A stretch of DNA of 64,000 nucleotides from Pristiophorus japonicus (taxonomy: Eukaryota), in the NCBI RefSeq assembly GCF_044704955.1, contig NC_091984.1:117676001-117740000 (forward strand), in the 5' to 3' direction. Shown piece after piece: positions 1-12,930 of this stretch. Under the pieces are notes generated by a model. That model made no database searches. It had not been told where the DNA came from and saw only the letters and a list, made by a program, of their open reading frames with translations. How positions within the stretch are numbered: the first letter of the stretch is position 1; every line of letters begins with the position of its first letter. Both the position numbers and the translations under genes were made by a program.

Positions 1-250
1 TGTTTTGCGCAAGTTTACTTTTGTAATCTATCTTTCCTTTCTTTATTGCTTTCTTAGTCATTCTTTGCTGTCGTTTAAAATTTTCCCAATCTTCTAGTTT
101 CCCACTAACCTTGGCCACCTTATACGCATTGGTTTTTAATTTGATACTCTCCTTTATTTCCTTGGTTATCCACGGCTGGTTATCCCTTCTCTTACCGCCC
201 TTCTTTTTCACTGGAATATATTTTTGTTGAGCACTATGAAAGAGCTCCTT
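1..250 (-). mobile_element. CR1-type LINE fragment (endonuclease-RT linker region)
   Basis: Resembles the KGKVAQPWLT..EDWEKF region of the CR1 copies at 45650-45850 and 57700-57900; truncated by the window edge. Confidence 0.65.
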
Positions 251-329
251 AAATGCACAACTGCCTCTGAAAGATAAGGAAAGGTTAATGTATCCGGCAA
301 GAGTCTGAAATGCAATGTCAACCTGTCTT

Positions 330-957
330 GTTCTTAGATGCTGACTAATCCATGATGCATTTCCAGTATTTTCTGATCTTTACGTATACAAATATCCTCA
401 CAAATCTTGCACCTGAAAAAGCAGATGCAGAACCTACTTTTACAGGTGCAAGTTTTTTAAAACACACAAAACCATATAAAAATAAAGTTATGAAAACATA
501 TTTTATTGTTAAAAACCCTCCCCACAATGGTAAGTTTATTTTAAGGCATAATTAAAAAACTTTTTTAAAAATCGTGGAAATATTTTTTTTATAAGACATT
601 AATAACTTTAATTTAAACGAATCTTAAATATGTAGTGTATAATTTCTATTTTTTATTAGAATTCTGGGTGTTGGGAGGTGGGTAGTTTCTCATTCATAGC
701 AATAGGAGCTTCGGACTTACGAAACTCCTATTACTATGAATGAGAATATACTATACCTGATTGGCTGCCCAGAGCCATGTGACTCCAGCTCCAGGCCTGC
801 GCACGTCCCGACGTGCACGCACTGCGAAGCGCAGCAAGAGGAGGCCTGTGCATCGGAAAGTCGAGCGGGGGCAGCAGCTTCAGGTAGGTGCGTATTTTAT
901 CTCTAAAATCTAGTCGAACACCCGCGGGAAGGAGAAAGCAGAATTTCTGGGCCATTG
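330..957. mobile_element. Probable non-autonomous PIF/Harbinger-type element (right end only)
   Basis: Ends in GCAGAATTTCTGGGCC, similar to the termini of other Harbinger-like MITEs here; AT-rich core with GATTGGCTG as in 28496-29230; left end not found. Confidence 0.35.
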
Positions 958-1666
958 TCTTTGGCCTTGAAGTTATTTCATAGGATTATAGAGAAACTCC
1001 TCTCTGTTATTTTAGCAGAGTCGTTAACTGTTTAACATAAATTGGATAACTCCCTCTAAAATAACTGAGAATGAAGTTTCAAACTAATGTGTTAAGCTTT
1101 TTTCTGCTACTATCAGAATTGATGAAGGGTCATCGACTGCCTGGTGTATATGGTAGTCTTCAAATAGGGTCTTACATTTTATCTGCTTACTTCCACAGCT
1201 AACATAGTTACCTACTGAGTTTGGCTCCTTTATGATTCCACTTTGTTTGTCGCTGATGACTATCAGCCAGTTCCAAGGCTTAAGTTCCCTGGTCTGACTC
1301 ATAGCACTGGGGAACCTAGACCTTTATTTGACCTTTACTAGTTGTTCTTATAGGTGTCCGCTGACAGCCTCCGAGTCAGAAGCTGGTGGCTTCAGGCCCC
1401 ATTCCTGATATTTCATCACATAATCACTACTGCAAAACGTCTGTTTTGTTGGGGGAAATTAATAAAGGCTGACAGCCTTTATCTTCTTTAAGCCTTTCTC
1501 CCCTCAAAATGTCAGACTCCAATCTCCTCATACCATCACAGCCCAATTCCCTCCATCTCCTACTTCAATCCTACCAGATCCCAAGACCTTTCCTCAATCA
1601 TCCCAGACCTTCACACTCCCCTCCCAAATACTTCCCAATCGTGTGAATTCTCTCCTGCTCCCACAC

Positions 1667-1955
1667 TAGGGTTGCCAACTCTGGTTGGACATATTCTTTG
1701 GAGGTGTCATCACATGACCTCCTGCCTCCAACAGCCCCGCCCCCACACTCCTGCCGATGGTCACCCAACATGTCCATACTGGAAAGTGAACAGACACTTC
1801 ATTACATGAGTGGATCATTCTTGGCTGTCAGTCAAACAGCCTTTTTCCCACATTCAATATTTTTATAATTAGTAAACAAAAGTGTTCAAAGAAAATTGAA
1901 AAAAAAACATAATTTTTTACTTCCCCAATGATTTTACTCCTGGGTTGCTTGCAAC
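1667..1955 (+). mobile_element. Possible hAT-type MITE fragment
   Basis: Begins TAGGGTTGCCAACT, a Blackjack-like hAT terminus; partner end not seen because a LINE fragment follows. Confidence 0.3.
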
Positions 1956-2250
1956 AGTACCCTCCACTTACCTGGATGAGTGCAGCTCCAATAACACTCA
2001 AGAAGCTCGTCACCATCCTGGACAAAGCAGCCTGCCTGATCTGCATCCCATCCATCTCCTTAAACATTCACTCCCTCCATCACCAGCGTACTGTGGCTGC
2101 AGTGTGTACCATTTACACGATGCCCTGCAGCAACTCACCACGGCTTCTTCAGCAGCACCTCCCAAACCCACGACCTCTACCACCTAGAAAGACAAGGGCA
2201 GCAGGCGCATGGGAATGCCGTTACCTTCAAGGTCCCCTCCAAGTCACCAG
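1956..2250 (+). mobile_element. CR1/L2-group LINE 3' fragment
   Basis: Translates as PLTWMSAAPITLKKLVTILDKAACLI, an RT C-terminal region; related piece at 16840-17040. Confidence 0.6.
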
Positions 2251-2868
2251 GGTACCAAGCAATCCATTAAAAACATACAAAGAAATTGAGGAGCTTCTCA
2301 CACTGTGGAGATATTCATTCAGCTTTACAATATTCTGTGTAATAAAAACATAACTTTACTTATTTACTGGCTCTGATTATATTGCACATTGCATAGCATA
2401 AAACAAGGTATCCTCTAGCTTATTGTATATACACACACGATACTCTGTTTTATGCCATGTAATCATAGGAACATAGGAGAACAGGAGCAGACCATTCAGC
2501 CCCTCGAGCCTGTTCTACCATTCAATTAGATCCTCACTGATGTGTATCTTAACTCCATCTACCTGACAATTTGCAATATAATCAGCACAGTGAATAAGTA
2601 GAATATATAGTCCAGCATTTGTATTAACGAGTTACTAGAATATATTAAGAAATTTTAAAAATATATAATTAAAATACTTCCTTCCTATACTATACTATAG
2701 TTGCAATAGACATGGGTTTCTTCAATATTGACAGAACACAATCCATAAAATGTGCTTCATCTTATTTTAATTCATAACATGCTAAAAGGTACTGTCGTGT
2801 GCTGCAACCTAACTGGAGTTACCACAGCAGGAGACTAACTTGGCCATTGAGGAGTTAAAAATGCTTTG

Positions 2869-5800
2869 TGTCATTTATTCAAAAGTCATTGTAACCCATG
2901 TATAAACTGACTTAAGTTGTACACCGTGAGAGCATTGTCCACTAGGTGGTGAACTTGTGGGAGACACTCCTAACCTGGACTTTCAGGTATAAAAGGGGAA
3001 GCTCCAACCACCTTCATCACTTCAGTGCTGGCTAATGAAGGTAACTGGTCACAGAGTGGTCTTTTCTCAAGTATGGGCCTCGTGTGCATTTATACTGTAT
3101 AGTAAGGACATATTATTGGCGACGAGAAACTGGGATTTAAACCACGCGATCATGGCCACTAGCAGCACAGACGAGAGGTACTGTGTTGGTGATGATTGGG
3201 ACGATTTTATTGAGAGACTACAGCAAAGTTTCGGCACTAAGGAATGGCTGGGACAGGATTCGGCCGACAAACGCAGGGCTCATCTCCTGACGGTTTGTGG
3301 ATCCAGGACGTACTCCCTGATGAAGGACCTTCTAGCGCCAGAGAAGCCGACGGACAAGACTTTTGAAGAGCTCAGTAAGTTGATCAGGGAACACTTTAAA
3401 CTGGCGAGCAGCATGCACATGGCGAGACACCGGTTTTACACGCACCGGCGGCGAGAAGGGCAAAGTGTTCCAGACTTCGTGGCAGACCTCTGGCGACTGG
3501 CGAGCCTATGTAAGTTCCCAGATGCATGCAGAGCGGAGATGCTGCGAGATTTTTTATTGATGGCATCGGGCACGCTGGGGTTTTCAGGAAACTGATTGAG
3601 ACCAAAGATTGACCCTGGAAACGGCGGCTTTGACATTTACCTCAGGGGAGGAAGAGACCAGAATAATGTTTGACAAAAATCTTGGTTTAAATGCAGCAAA
3701 TGGATAGGGAGTCAACATTGTTAACAGTTCTCCAGGCAGACAGGGGCAATCGGACATGCCCGAGCATGTAGTCGAACCCAAAGGGGATTTCAACAGAGAT
3801 AATGGCTAGCTGAACGGTGATTCATGCCATCGCAAGGGATAATGCGGCCAGTAATGGGGCCATCAACACCTGTCAATGGTGCGTTTAAGGACAGTTACAG
3901 AGACAATCAGAGACGATCGATGGGTAATGGACCTTTTGTTTCCAACAATGGTTTATGTTGGAGATGTGGAGGCAAATACACACAGCCAGAGCTTGCAGGT
4001 ATCAGCAATATACCTGCAGAAACTGCAACGTCAGCGGTCACTTGGTGCGTATGTGCAGGAAGCCTGCAGCCAGGTTGATGTATGAGGAGGACGGGCCCGA
4101 TGTAAGCCCTACGGAGCCAAATGGACACTGGGGGAATTTGTTGGAAGCTGAAGTATAGCGAGTTCATGTGGAGCACATATACAGTTCATACACCAGGATG
4201 CCACCAATAATGATGAAAGTGCTTCTCAATGGCATCCCAGTATCAATGGAGCTAGACAGAGGGGTCAGCCATTCCCTGATGAGTATCAAATTGTGGGCGT
4301 CCAAGGCCAGGAGGCCAAAATTATTGCCAATTGATGCACAGCTACGGACATATACAAAGGAGATCATTCTGGTGCTAGGTAGCGCCACGGTAGTCGTGAC
4401 CCACAAAGATTCGGAGAACAGGTTGCCACTCTGGATTGTCCCAGGGGACGGTCCCGACTGCTCGGGAGGAGTTGGCTGGCTGTCATGAACTGGAAATGGG
4501 GCGATGTCAATGCAATTTCTTCTGTGGAGCAAATATCATGCACACAGGTCCTAGACAAATTTGACTCATTATTTCAACCCGGCATTGGCACTTTCATGGG
4601 GACCAAGGTAGTGATTCACATAAACCCGGACACCAGGCCAGTACACCACAAGGCCAGAGCGGTGCGTACGTGATGCGGGAAAAGATAGAAGGCAAATTGG
4701 ACCGCCTGTTGAGGGAAGGCATCATCTCGCCAGTCGAATTCAGTGACTGGGCGAGCCCGATTGTGCCGGTGCTCAAGGCGGATGCGTCGGTCAGGATATG
4801 TGGCGATTACAAGGCCACCATCAATTGGGTGTCACTCCAAGACCAGTACCCGCTACCGAGAGCGGAGGACTTCTTTTCAACGCTATCCGGTGGCAAACTC
4901 TTTTCAAAATTGGACCTGACCTTAGCTTACATGACCAAGGAGCTGGCAAGTGAGTCGAAGAAGCTGACCACCATCACGACACACAAGGGGTTGTTTGAGT
5001 ATAACAGATGTCCGTTCGGGATTCGTTCGGCCACCGCGATCTTTCAACGAAATATGGAAAGCCTCCTCAAGTTGATTCCAAGGACAGTGGTTTTTCAAGA
5101 CGACATCCTCATCACGGGTTGAAGAAGACCTCCGTAACCTGGAGGAGGTGCTACGCAGACTGGACCGGGTAGGTCTGCGACTGAAAAAGGCGAAGTGCGT
5201 CTTCCTGGCTCCAGAGGTAGAATTCCTGGGGATGAGGGTAGCAGCAGATGGAATCAGACCTACAGCATCCAAAACAGAAGCAACCAGAGAGCACCCAGAC
5301 CCGCAACACGACGGAGCTGCGTTCGTTCCTGGGGCTCCTGAACTATTTTGGTAACTTTCTTCCCAAATTGAGCACGCTGTTAGAGTCGCTACACGTGCTC
5401 CTACGCAAAGGTCGCGAATGGGTCTGGGGGGGACAGCCAGGAAAGGGCTTTTGATAGAGCACGAAATTTGTTATGCTCCAACAATCTGTTAACGCTATAT
5501 GATCCATGTAAGAAACTTGTTTTAACGTGCGACGCATCACAAACCCCTAACATCCCTTTTGGCCGACAACAAGGCCATTAATGCAAATACATCGGCCTGC
5601 ATACAGAGGTGGGCACTCATGTTAGCCACCTATGACTATACAATTCGGCACAGACCGGGCACTGAAAATTGCCCGATGCACACAGCAGGCTCCCACTAGC
5701 CACCACCGAGGGGGCAACCGAGCATGCTGCTGAGATGGTCATGGCTGTTGAAGCCTTTGAAAGCGAAGGCTCGCCCGTGACAGCCCGTCAGATTAAAGTC

Positions 5801-7379
5801 TGGACAAATAGAGACCCGCTGCTGTCTTTAGTCAAGAAATGTGTCCTGAATGGGGACTGGGCAGCCACGTACGGGGCATGCCCTGAGGAATTCAAACCAT
5901 TTCACAGGCGCAAGGATGAACTCTCGATTCAGGCCGATTGCCTACTATGGGGAAACCGCATAGTCATGCCCCAGATGGGCAGAGAGGTGTTCATCAGAGA
6001 ACTCCACAATGAGAACCCGGGCGTTGTCATGATGAAAGCAATTGCCAGGTCACACGTTTGGTTGCCAGGGATAGATGCAGACTTGGAACTTTGTGTTCGC
6101 AGGTGCAACACGTATGCCCAGCTGGGCAATGCGCCCAGGGAAGCTCCCCTTAGCCCCTGGTCCTGGCCTGCCAAGCCATGGTCACGCATCCATGTGGACT
6201 ACGCAGGTCCTTTCATGGGAAAAATGTTTTTGGTTGTAGTAGATGCCTACTCCAAATGGATTGAGTGTGACATTCTCAATTCAAGCACATCCTCTGCCAC
6301 GGTAGAAAGTCTATGGGCAATGTTTGCCTCCATGGTCTGCCAGACGTCTTGGTCAGTGACAATGGCCCGTGCTTTACGAACATTGAATTCCAGGACTTCA
6401 TGGCAGGAAATGGTATCAACCATGTCAGAATGGCACCGTTCAAGCCGGCCTCAAATGTCCAGGTGGAACATGCAGTACAGACAATCAAACAGGGGATGCT
6501 CAGAATCTAAGGGGGTTCCCTACAAAGCCGCTTATCACGCCTCCTGTTGTCCAATAGATCCCGACCACACTCACTCACAGGGGTTCCACCCGCAAAGCTG
6601 CTAATGAAAAGGATGCTCAAAACCAGGTTATCCCTTATACACCCCACTATGAAAGAAATTGTTGCGAGAAGGCGCCAGTCACAATGTGACTACCATGACG
6701 GAAATGCGAGGGCGCGATGTATCGATGTCAATGACCGTGTCTTTGTCCTCAACTATGCTGCAGGGCCTTAATGGCTCGCAGGCACCGTGATTGCCAAAGA
6801 GGGGAATAGGATTCTGGTAGTTAAACTTACCAATGAACAAATCTGCCGCAAACACATGGATCAAACAAAAAAGAGGTTCAGCAACCCCACAGAAGAAGCA
6901 GAGGAAGAACACGATGTAGAGTTCACTCCTCCACAGGTGACCGAACACCGGAACCAAGTGGAGGAGAGCCCAGTCACTGTGGGCAGTCCGGACAGGCCTG
7001 AGGCACCGCAAACAGCAGACACTCAGGCCAGCGCCCAACAACCGGAGCCCCAACTCAGGCACTCTACAAAGGAGCATAAACCACCAGAGAGACTTAACCT
7101 GTGATCCCAATAAGGCTTTGGGGGGGAAGTGATGTCATGTATTCAACTGTCATTGTAACGCATGTATAAGCTGACCTAAGTTGTACACCGTGAGAACATT
7201 GACCACAAGGGGGTGAATTTGTGGGAGACACTCCTAACCTGGACTTTCAGGTATAAAAGGGGAAGCTCCACCCACCTTCATCACTTCAGTGCTGGCTAAT
7301 AAAGGTTACTGGTCACAGAGTGACCTTCTCTCAAGTATGGGCCTCATGTGCATTTATACTATATAGTAAGGACATCTTA
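2869..7379 (+). mobile_element. Gypsy/Ty3 LTR retrotransposon copy A (full structure, decayed)
   Basis: LTRs 2869-3115 and 7133-7379 (about 20 differences in 247 bp); 5-bp TSD CTTTG (2864-2868, 7380-7384); PBS TGGCGACGAG at 3117 matching the tRNA-Ser(GCT) 3' end; PPT GGGGGGGAAGTGA before the 3' LTR. Confidence 0.95.
3152..7104 (+). pseudogene. Gypsy gag-pol of copy A (capsid, two Zn knuckles, PR, RT FQDD, partly deleted RNase H, integrase)
   Basis: ORF pieces 3035-3595, 3955-4158 (CRNC..GH..C), 4168-4488 (PR, MELDRG), 4670-5122 (RT), 5669-7104 (IN, IHVDYAGP and VSDNG); many stops and frameshifts; RNase H core deleted near 5540 (CDA joined to HKPL). Confidence 0.9.
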
Positions 7380-7937
7380 CTTTGAACAAAATATTTCCCT
7401 TTTGACAAGTAATAGATGCTGGTGCCCAGGAAATGAAGGATCTACATGACCAGTTTAAGGAATGCTTTTACTTGCAGGAAAGGATCTGTGAAAGGAATTG
7501 CTTGGTGGATTTTGCTTGTTCAGTTTTGTAAACATACCAAGAGACCGAGAAGCTTCTAGCACCACGGAGATATTTATCCAACTGGTATATATTTGCTGAT
7601 ATTACATTTTAGTATCATAAGTGAATTAGTGTTAAAAGCAATGAGATGATTAAAAGCAAGGTATACCTAACAGTATTTTTTTTAGTTCGGAGTTTAAACT
7701 CCAGTCCCAGGATATGTGTAATTCTCTTTGGGGAAAATCCAGGGGCAAACAGTGGTTTCTCAAAGATGTTGGGACACAGTGCAGGGTTGTCATTTCTGGT
7801 AAGATAAACAAATTGTGGCTGCTTAGTGCATCATGCTAGTCAGTCTGTTGACTTTGGCTGTTAGTCGTCATCACTGCTGGTTTACTGCAGAGGCTGTCAT
7901 TGGCCAGCTGCTTGGCCCCTGTCCATTGAACACACCA

Positions 7938-7944
7938 TATAAAA
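7938..7944 (+). promoter_or_regulatory. TATA box of the RGS4 promoter
   Basis: TATAAAA 113 bp upstream of the ATG, with an inverted CCAAT (ATTGG) near 7900. Confidence 0.6.
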
Positions 7945-8050
7945 GCCCTGTCTCTGCTGAGAGCTGGATCAGAAACTCGAATATATCAAAGCCGAAGTGA
8001 AGCATTGCCATAGAACTGACACTAGTCAACAGAGACTGATTAATATCAAC

Positions 8051-8094
8051 ATGTGTAAAGGACTAGCTGCACTGCCTGCCACTTGCCTAAGGAG
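8051..8094 (+). CDS. RGS4: RGS4 coding exon 1 (MCKGLAALPATCLRS)
   Basis: 44-nt exon with GT donor at 8095; R4-family amphipathic N-terminus with Cys2 and Cys12. Confidence 0.93.
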
Positions 8095-9142
8095 GTATGT
8101 ATTTAACTGTATGGAGTTCAGATTTATTTTTGTGCTTATATTTCCAGCAATGTTCACTTAATGTATTGTTTAACCAAATACAGCTTGAAAGATTATAGCA
8201 TGCGTGTATTTTATGCACTTTAAATGACCAGACGAGTGGATTTCAATAAGAAAGAATTGGAAGGTTTGCGGCAGCATAGTGTAAATTATTGGGTGATTTG
8301 CCGAGTTGCCATTTACATGAGAAAGGCACAGAGAGTTAAATCAATAGCGACCTGCACAGATACCTGGCCCATAGCGTCTCTTAGTTCTGTGTGAAAATAT
8401 CAATTTAAAAAAGAAATGATTTCAGATGGAAAGGATTTCTGCGCTCACAACGGGTATAATGACAGATGTTGCTGCTGTAAATCCCTCTGAGTTCTGCTCA
8501 TGTTAGATAAGAGTGTGCTGTGTGCTTTTTGATAGACCCTTTATTAGATCCTTTCCCATTGTGACATGTTTAGTTTCCTGAGTGCAGTGTCAGTTCCTCG
8601 AAGGGCTTGAATATGACCGAGGAAAATCATTGATGTAAAATAACTATTTCTGCACTGACCCGGTTGCTGTTTTCATGTCTTAATACTGATTTGGCGTTAG
8701 CAACAATTCAAGCCCCAGAGCCTGGCAATTAAAAAAAAATCTGTGTTTTCCCCTGGAACAGTTTTTTTCCACCCAGTACTATTTCCATCTGATACAGTAA
8801 CTCCTCCCTACTACAGTCTCTCTAAGAGTCTGATAAAATCTTTATTATAGAGTGCTGCACAGTATTTTTTTAAAACTGGGAGCTATAAATAATGTGCCTT
8901 ATATTACAGATCATTGTAGTGAAATACTACCATTTAAATAAAGTATCGTTTATTCTGTGTTTTATTGAAGTGTTTTATCACTGATATATTTACTTGCGCA
9001 AGGTGCTCACAATTAGTTAATGCATTTTTGCATGCACTTTATGTAGTACTTCAATGTTTGTGAGGTTTCAGAGCTATTGGTAATCTTTGTAACACAGGCA
9101 TTAGTTCCTTTTCTTAATCACATGTCTGTCGATTCCTCATAG

Positions 9143-9250
9143 TGCAAAGGATATGAAACATCGCCTTGGCTTCTTGTTGCCAAAGCCGGAGACGCTGAGT
9201 GATCACAGCTCAGCGTCCATCAAGAAGGACAAACCAGGCGCAGCTCACAG
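9143..9250 (+). CDS. RGS4: RGS4 coding exon 2 (AKDMKHRLGFLLPKPETLSDHSSASIKKDKPGAAHR)
   Basis: AG and GT flanks, 108 nt, phase-compatible; AKDMKHRLGFLL is the RGS4 signature (RGS5 has AKEIKIKLGILL). Confidence 0.93.
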
Positions 9251-9704
9251 GTAATTGTCTCCCTGAAACCACCGTAGACCATATTCAATGTGCAGTTTTG
9301 CACTGCTCCCTGACCATGAGATGCACAGATGCAATGAGAAGAAAAGAAAATTAGTCTGTATCTGTTTTTTTTGATTTCTTGCTTCCAGTTTAAAAATAAT
9401 GTATTTTAAATCCCTGCTGGTTTTCAGACCTGTGATGAGCAAACCCCTTGCATCTTGAATTCTTTCCCTTTTGGCAACGCTCTGTGATCTCTCTTTTCCA
9501 ACCACAAGTCCGCCCCCTCCTCCCCAACAGTGGAAAGTCTCCTGACTCTCAAAGTCAAGCTGGTTGAAAAGGGCATTAAAAGGCCAAGTAGATTGATTTT
9601 ACTTGTGTATATCTGAAAACCGAAGGGATAAATCAGAATAAAAGAAACAACTGATTGGTGGGGTGGGGGTACAGGTCAGGTTTTATTCTCCCCTCCCTTC
9701 CCTG

Positions 9705-9970
9705 ACGTGTGAAGATGAGGAGAAACTTCTTCACTCAGAGAATTGTGAACCTGTGGAGTTCTCTACCACAGAAAGTTGTTGAGACCAGTTCGTTAGATAT
9801 ATTCAAAAGGGAGTTAGATGTGGCCCTTACGGCTAAAGGGATCAAGGGGTATGGAGACAAAGAAGGAGTGGGGTACTGAAGTTGCATGATCAGCCATGAT
9901 CATATTGAATGGTGGTGCAGGCTCGAAGGGCCGAATGGCCTACTCCTGCACCTATTTTCTATGTTTCTAA
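9705..9970 (+). mobile_element. CR1 LINE 3' end in RGS4 intron 2
   Basis: MRRNFFTQR-type terminus and the GGCCTACTCCTGCACCTATTTTCTATGTTTC tail. Confidence 0.85.
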
Positions 9971-11570
9971 ACTCATTGGATGACCGATTACCTCTTGTAT
10001 TACAGACGGCTTTTCTTATGTGTTAACCTGCTACAGAAATGTGAAAAGCACACCTTAATCCATTAGTAACAAGGGAACTTAAGTAGGATCCTTTCCAATA
10101 TCATTATTATTTTCAAAAGTAATACTCTACCAACCCTGTCGCTACTGGCTACCTGCTCATTGAGATGCTTGTTCAGTACATTCAAAACCTAATAGTACTA
10201 TTCGGCCGATATCACCAATTATATAACAAATGTAAGGAATCTTATTTTATAGCTTCACTCACCTTGGTACAATGTGAAGGGTAAAGCAAATTAATTTGGT
10301 ATTGCTTTTGATCATTACCTCACTTGGTCTTGACAAGGAACCCTTGTTGCGTTCTGACTGTATTAAGAATTGAAGCAGACAGTGAGTAGGATGGGAATAG
10401 TCTGAAAGCAGTCTTCACGTGGTACTGCGACAGATTGGAGAATTTTCATTTTTTTATCCCCAAACCTCCTGGAGCTGAACTGAGCACATTAGGTGAGCTG
10501 GGAAGTTCTACTGCAAAGTCAGGAGGAGTAAAAATATGTATTTTTTTCTCCCCACCTCTCCGGAAGGCATTCATTAATGCTGGGACATAGCTCCAAGGGC
10601 CTCTGCAGCTCTCTGGTCCCTTGCCCAACCGGCCATTTGTTGTCTGAGGCCAGACAAAGAGTGTCTTGCAGCCATTTCAACTGGGATGGAAGGAGTGCTC
10701 AACAAAGTCAAGCCTAACACCTGCCCTCACTCAATATCCACACATTCCAGCAGAAGAAAGAAAGAAAAAAGTTTTGTATTTATATAGCACCTTTCGGGAC
10801 ATCCCAAAATGCTTTGCAGCCAACAAAGTACTTTTTTTTTGAAGTGTAGTCACTGTTGTAATGTCACTGATAGCAATCAAGAGTGGGAACCCAGACAGAT
10901 TTAATGCAATTAATTTTCTCTAACCTTTTTCTCTTGCCAATTCTCTCTGGGGGAGAGGGGGCAGATAGCAACATAGAGCAGCATATTTCCCATTGTTGAT
11001 GGTGGCTGTTCTTTGCAAGTATCAACAATGGTGCAGTCAGCCAATGATAAAACATTGGACTGCTCCCTGGCCTCAGTGAACTGAAGTGACACTTTTTAAC
11101 TATTGGGATCTGACTGGTCATGCACTCAGCAAGCTTTGTTGAACAATAATTTGTGCACTGAATCTTGTTGCAAACTGACTGGTTCTTGCTGGAGCATCAG
11201 CTGAATAATTGATGTTATTACCACTTTCTACATGCTGAAAAATGTATCTAGTTCTGTGTCTCTGAATCCTATTTGTTGTTTGTGGGTGTAATACTGTAAC
11301 AAGGGTGCAACAAAAAAAATTCAAATATGGGATCGACACAGTTGCATTATTCTCTCTGATGCAGATTTAAGGAATCGATAAATTAACGCTAATTCCCACA
11401 AACATAAAGTAGGTGTTTATTTACATTCCAGAGTAAATCATATTTAAGCTGTAGGGTTGGCATTTATTTTACGCTGCCTCATCACCAGCATTGATCAGTT
11501 GTACACAATCCTTTTAGTCCATAATGTGAAAGGGTTTTGCCTCTAATCGACTTACTCTTTCTTTGAACAG

Positions 11571-11632
11571 ACTCAGCTGTGCTGAAGTTAAGAAGTGGAG
11601 CGAATCTTTGCTACAACTAATATCTCATAAAA
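11571..11632 (+). CDS. RGS4: RGS4 coding exon 3 (LSCAEVKKWSESLLQLISHK)
   Basis: 62 nt; polypyrimidine tract plus CAG acceptor, GTAAGT donor; start of the RGS box. Confidence 0.93.
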
Positions 11633-12599
11633 GTAAGTAATTCTTTAAAGAAACTCACACTTGCTTCATTCATTCAACATTCAGTGTTACAGAATTTACT
11701 TGCAGCATAAAGGAAGGTTCTGGAAAATGGAACCTGGAAGATTCATCTCAATAAATTCATGTAAAAGCTATTAAGTTCTGAACTGTAATTGGCACAGTCC
11801 GAGCAAACTGTGATTAATCCAGTCATTAATCTTACAAGATTAATATTGCAGTACACAAAGCTCTTGAGAGATCAACAGTCTTTGTAATGAGCCATGACTT
11901 GTTCTATAAAGCTTCTCTCCAGTAATTATCCAAGATCTTAAATTGGCATGTAGTTTTATTAAAACTTAGCTACCATTTTTTAGCATCTCCATTTAAAATT
12001 TATATTCATCCTTTACAAAAATATTGAAATAATTTGTAATTAGTGTTAATAAAAAAAAATCCAGTTTTCTCACTAACAATATTTGGTTATAAAAATTAGA
12101 ATTTTAAGTTAATTGTCCTCTTTCCACAGGGGTTATTGATGTATGTCACTAGGATTATTAAGGTTTCTCATTAGATATCTTACAAGGGTTATTGAAATAT
12201 CCTGTAGCATTTGAATCCAGGCGGTTGCTTAGAAACCTAACAAAGTCAGCAAACTTGCACAATTACATTTTCGATAGTAACTCCGCTCGTTTAGACAAGA
12301 AACTATGAACATCCACCAGAACATGCTTATAATAAATGGGGTTAATTTATATCACTACTGAGGATGAAGTTCAGAAACAGCCTTGAGAGAAAAAAATCAA
12401 TTACTCAAGATTAAGAATCTGTACCCAGATGTTCATTTATTTAAGTTTCAATTTAAGTTTATTTTTATTAGTAGTAAATCTGGCAGTGGTTCTATCCCCA
12501 AATTAACAACTTATCTCCCGAGAGGGGAAGAAACCTCATGGGGAAATACACGTTTAAAAAAAGCTCTCTCCATATCCTTCCTAAACTGAAAGCAGTGAA

Positions 12600-12930
12600 T
12601 AATAATGATGGGATCTGCTTCCACCGGCTCTGATACCTGACCCAAGTAACCATTTGTCACGTGAAAGCAGAGACAGGCTCTCCGGGCAATTATTTAGCCA
12701 CTGCCTCAAGCTAGTCATCAACTAGTATCCAGAGGTGTGCATTTTGCCAGTGTTCACTGGATAGTGATCATTTTTGCCCCACTTTCTAATTGGGAGATCT
12801 TGAGGCTAGGTTTAGTGAACCCACTGCTGTCTGAGCTGAGATTGGCAATCCATCAGTGATTCAACCTTTGACCTTCCAGTGCTGTCATGAGATGAATGAA
12901 CCACGTGGTGCATCTACCCACTGTGTGCTC
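12600..12930 (-). mobile_element. Old tRNA-derived SINE (degenerate)
   Basis: Minus strand has A-box-like CAGTGGGTAG and B-box-like GGTTGAATC; related body segment at about 24560-24800. Confidence 0.35.
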
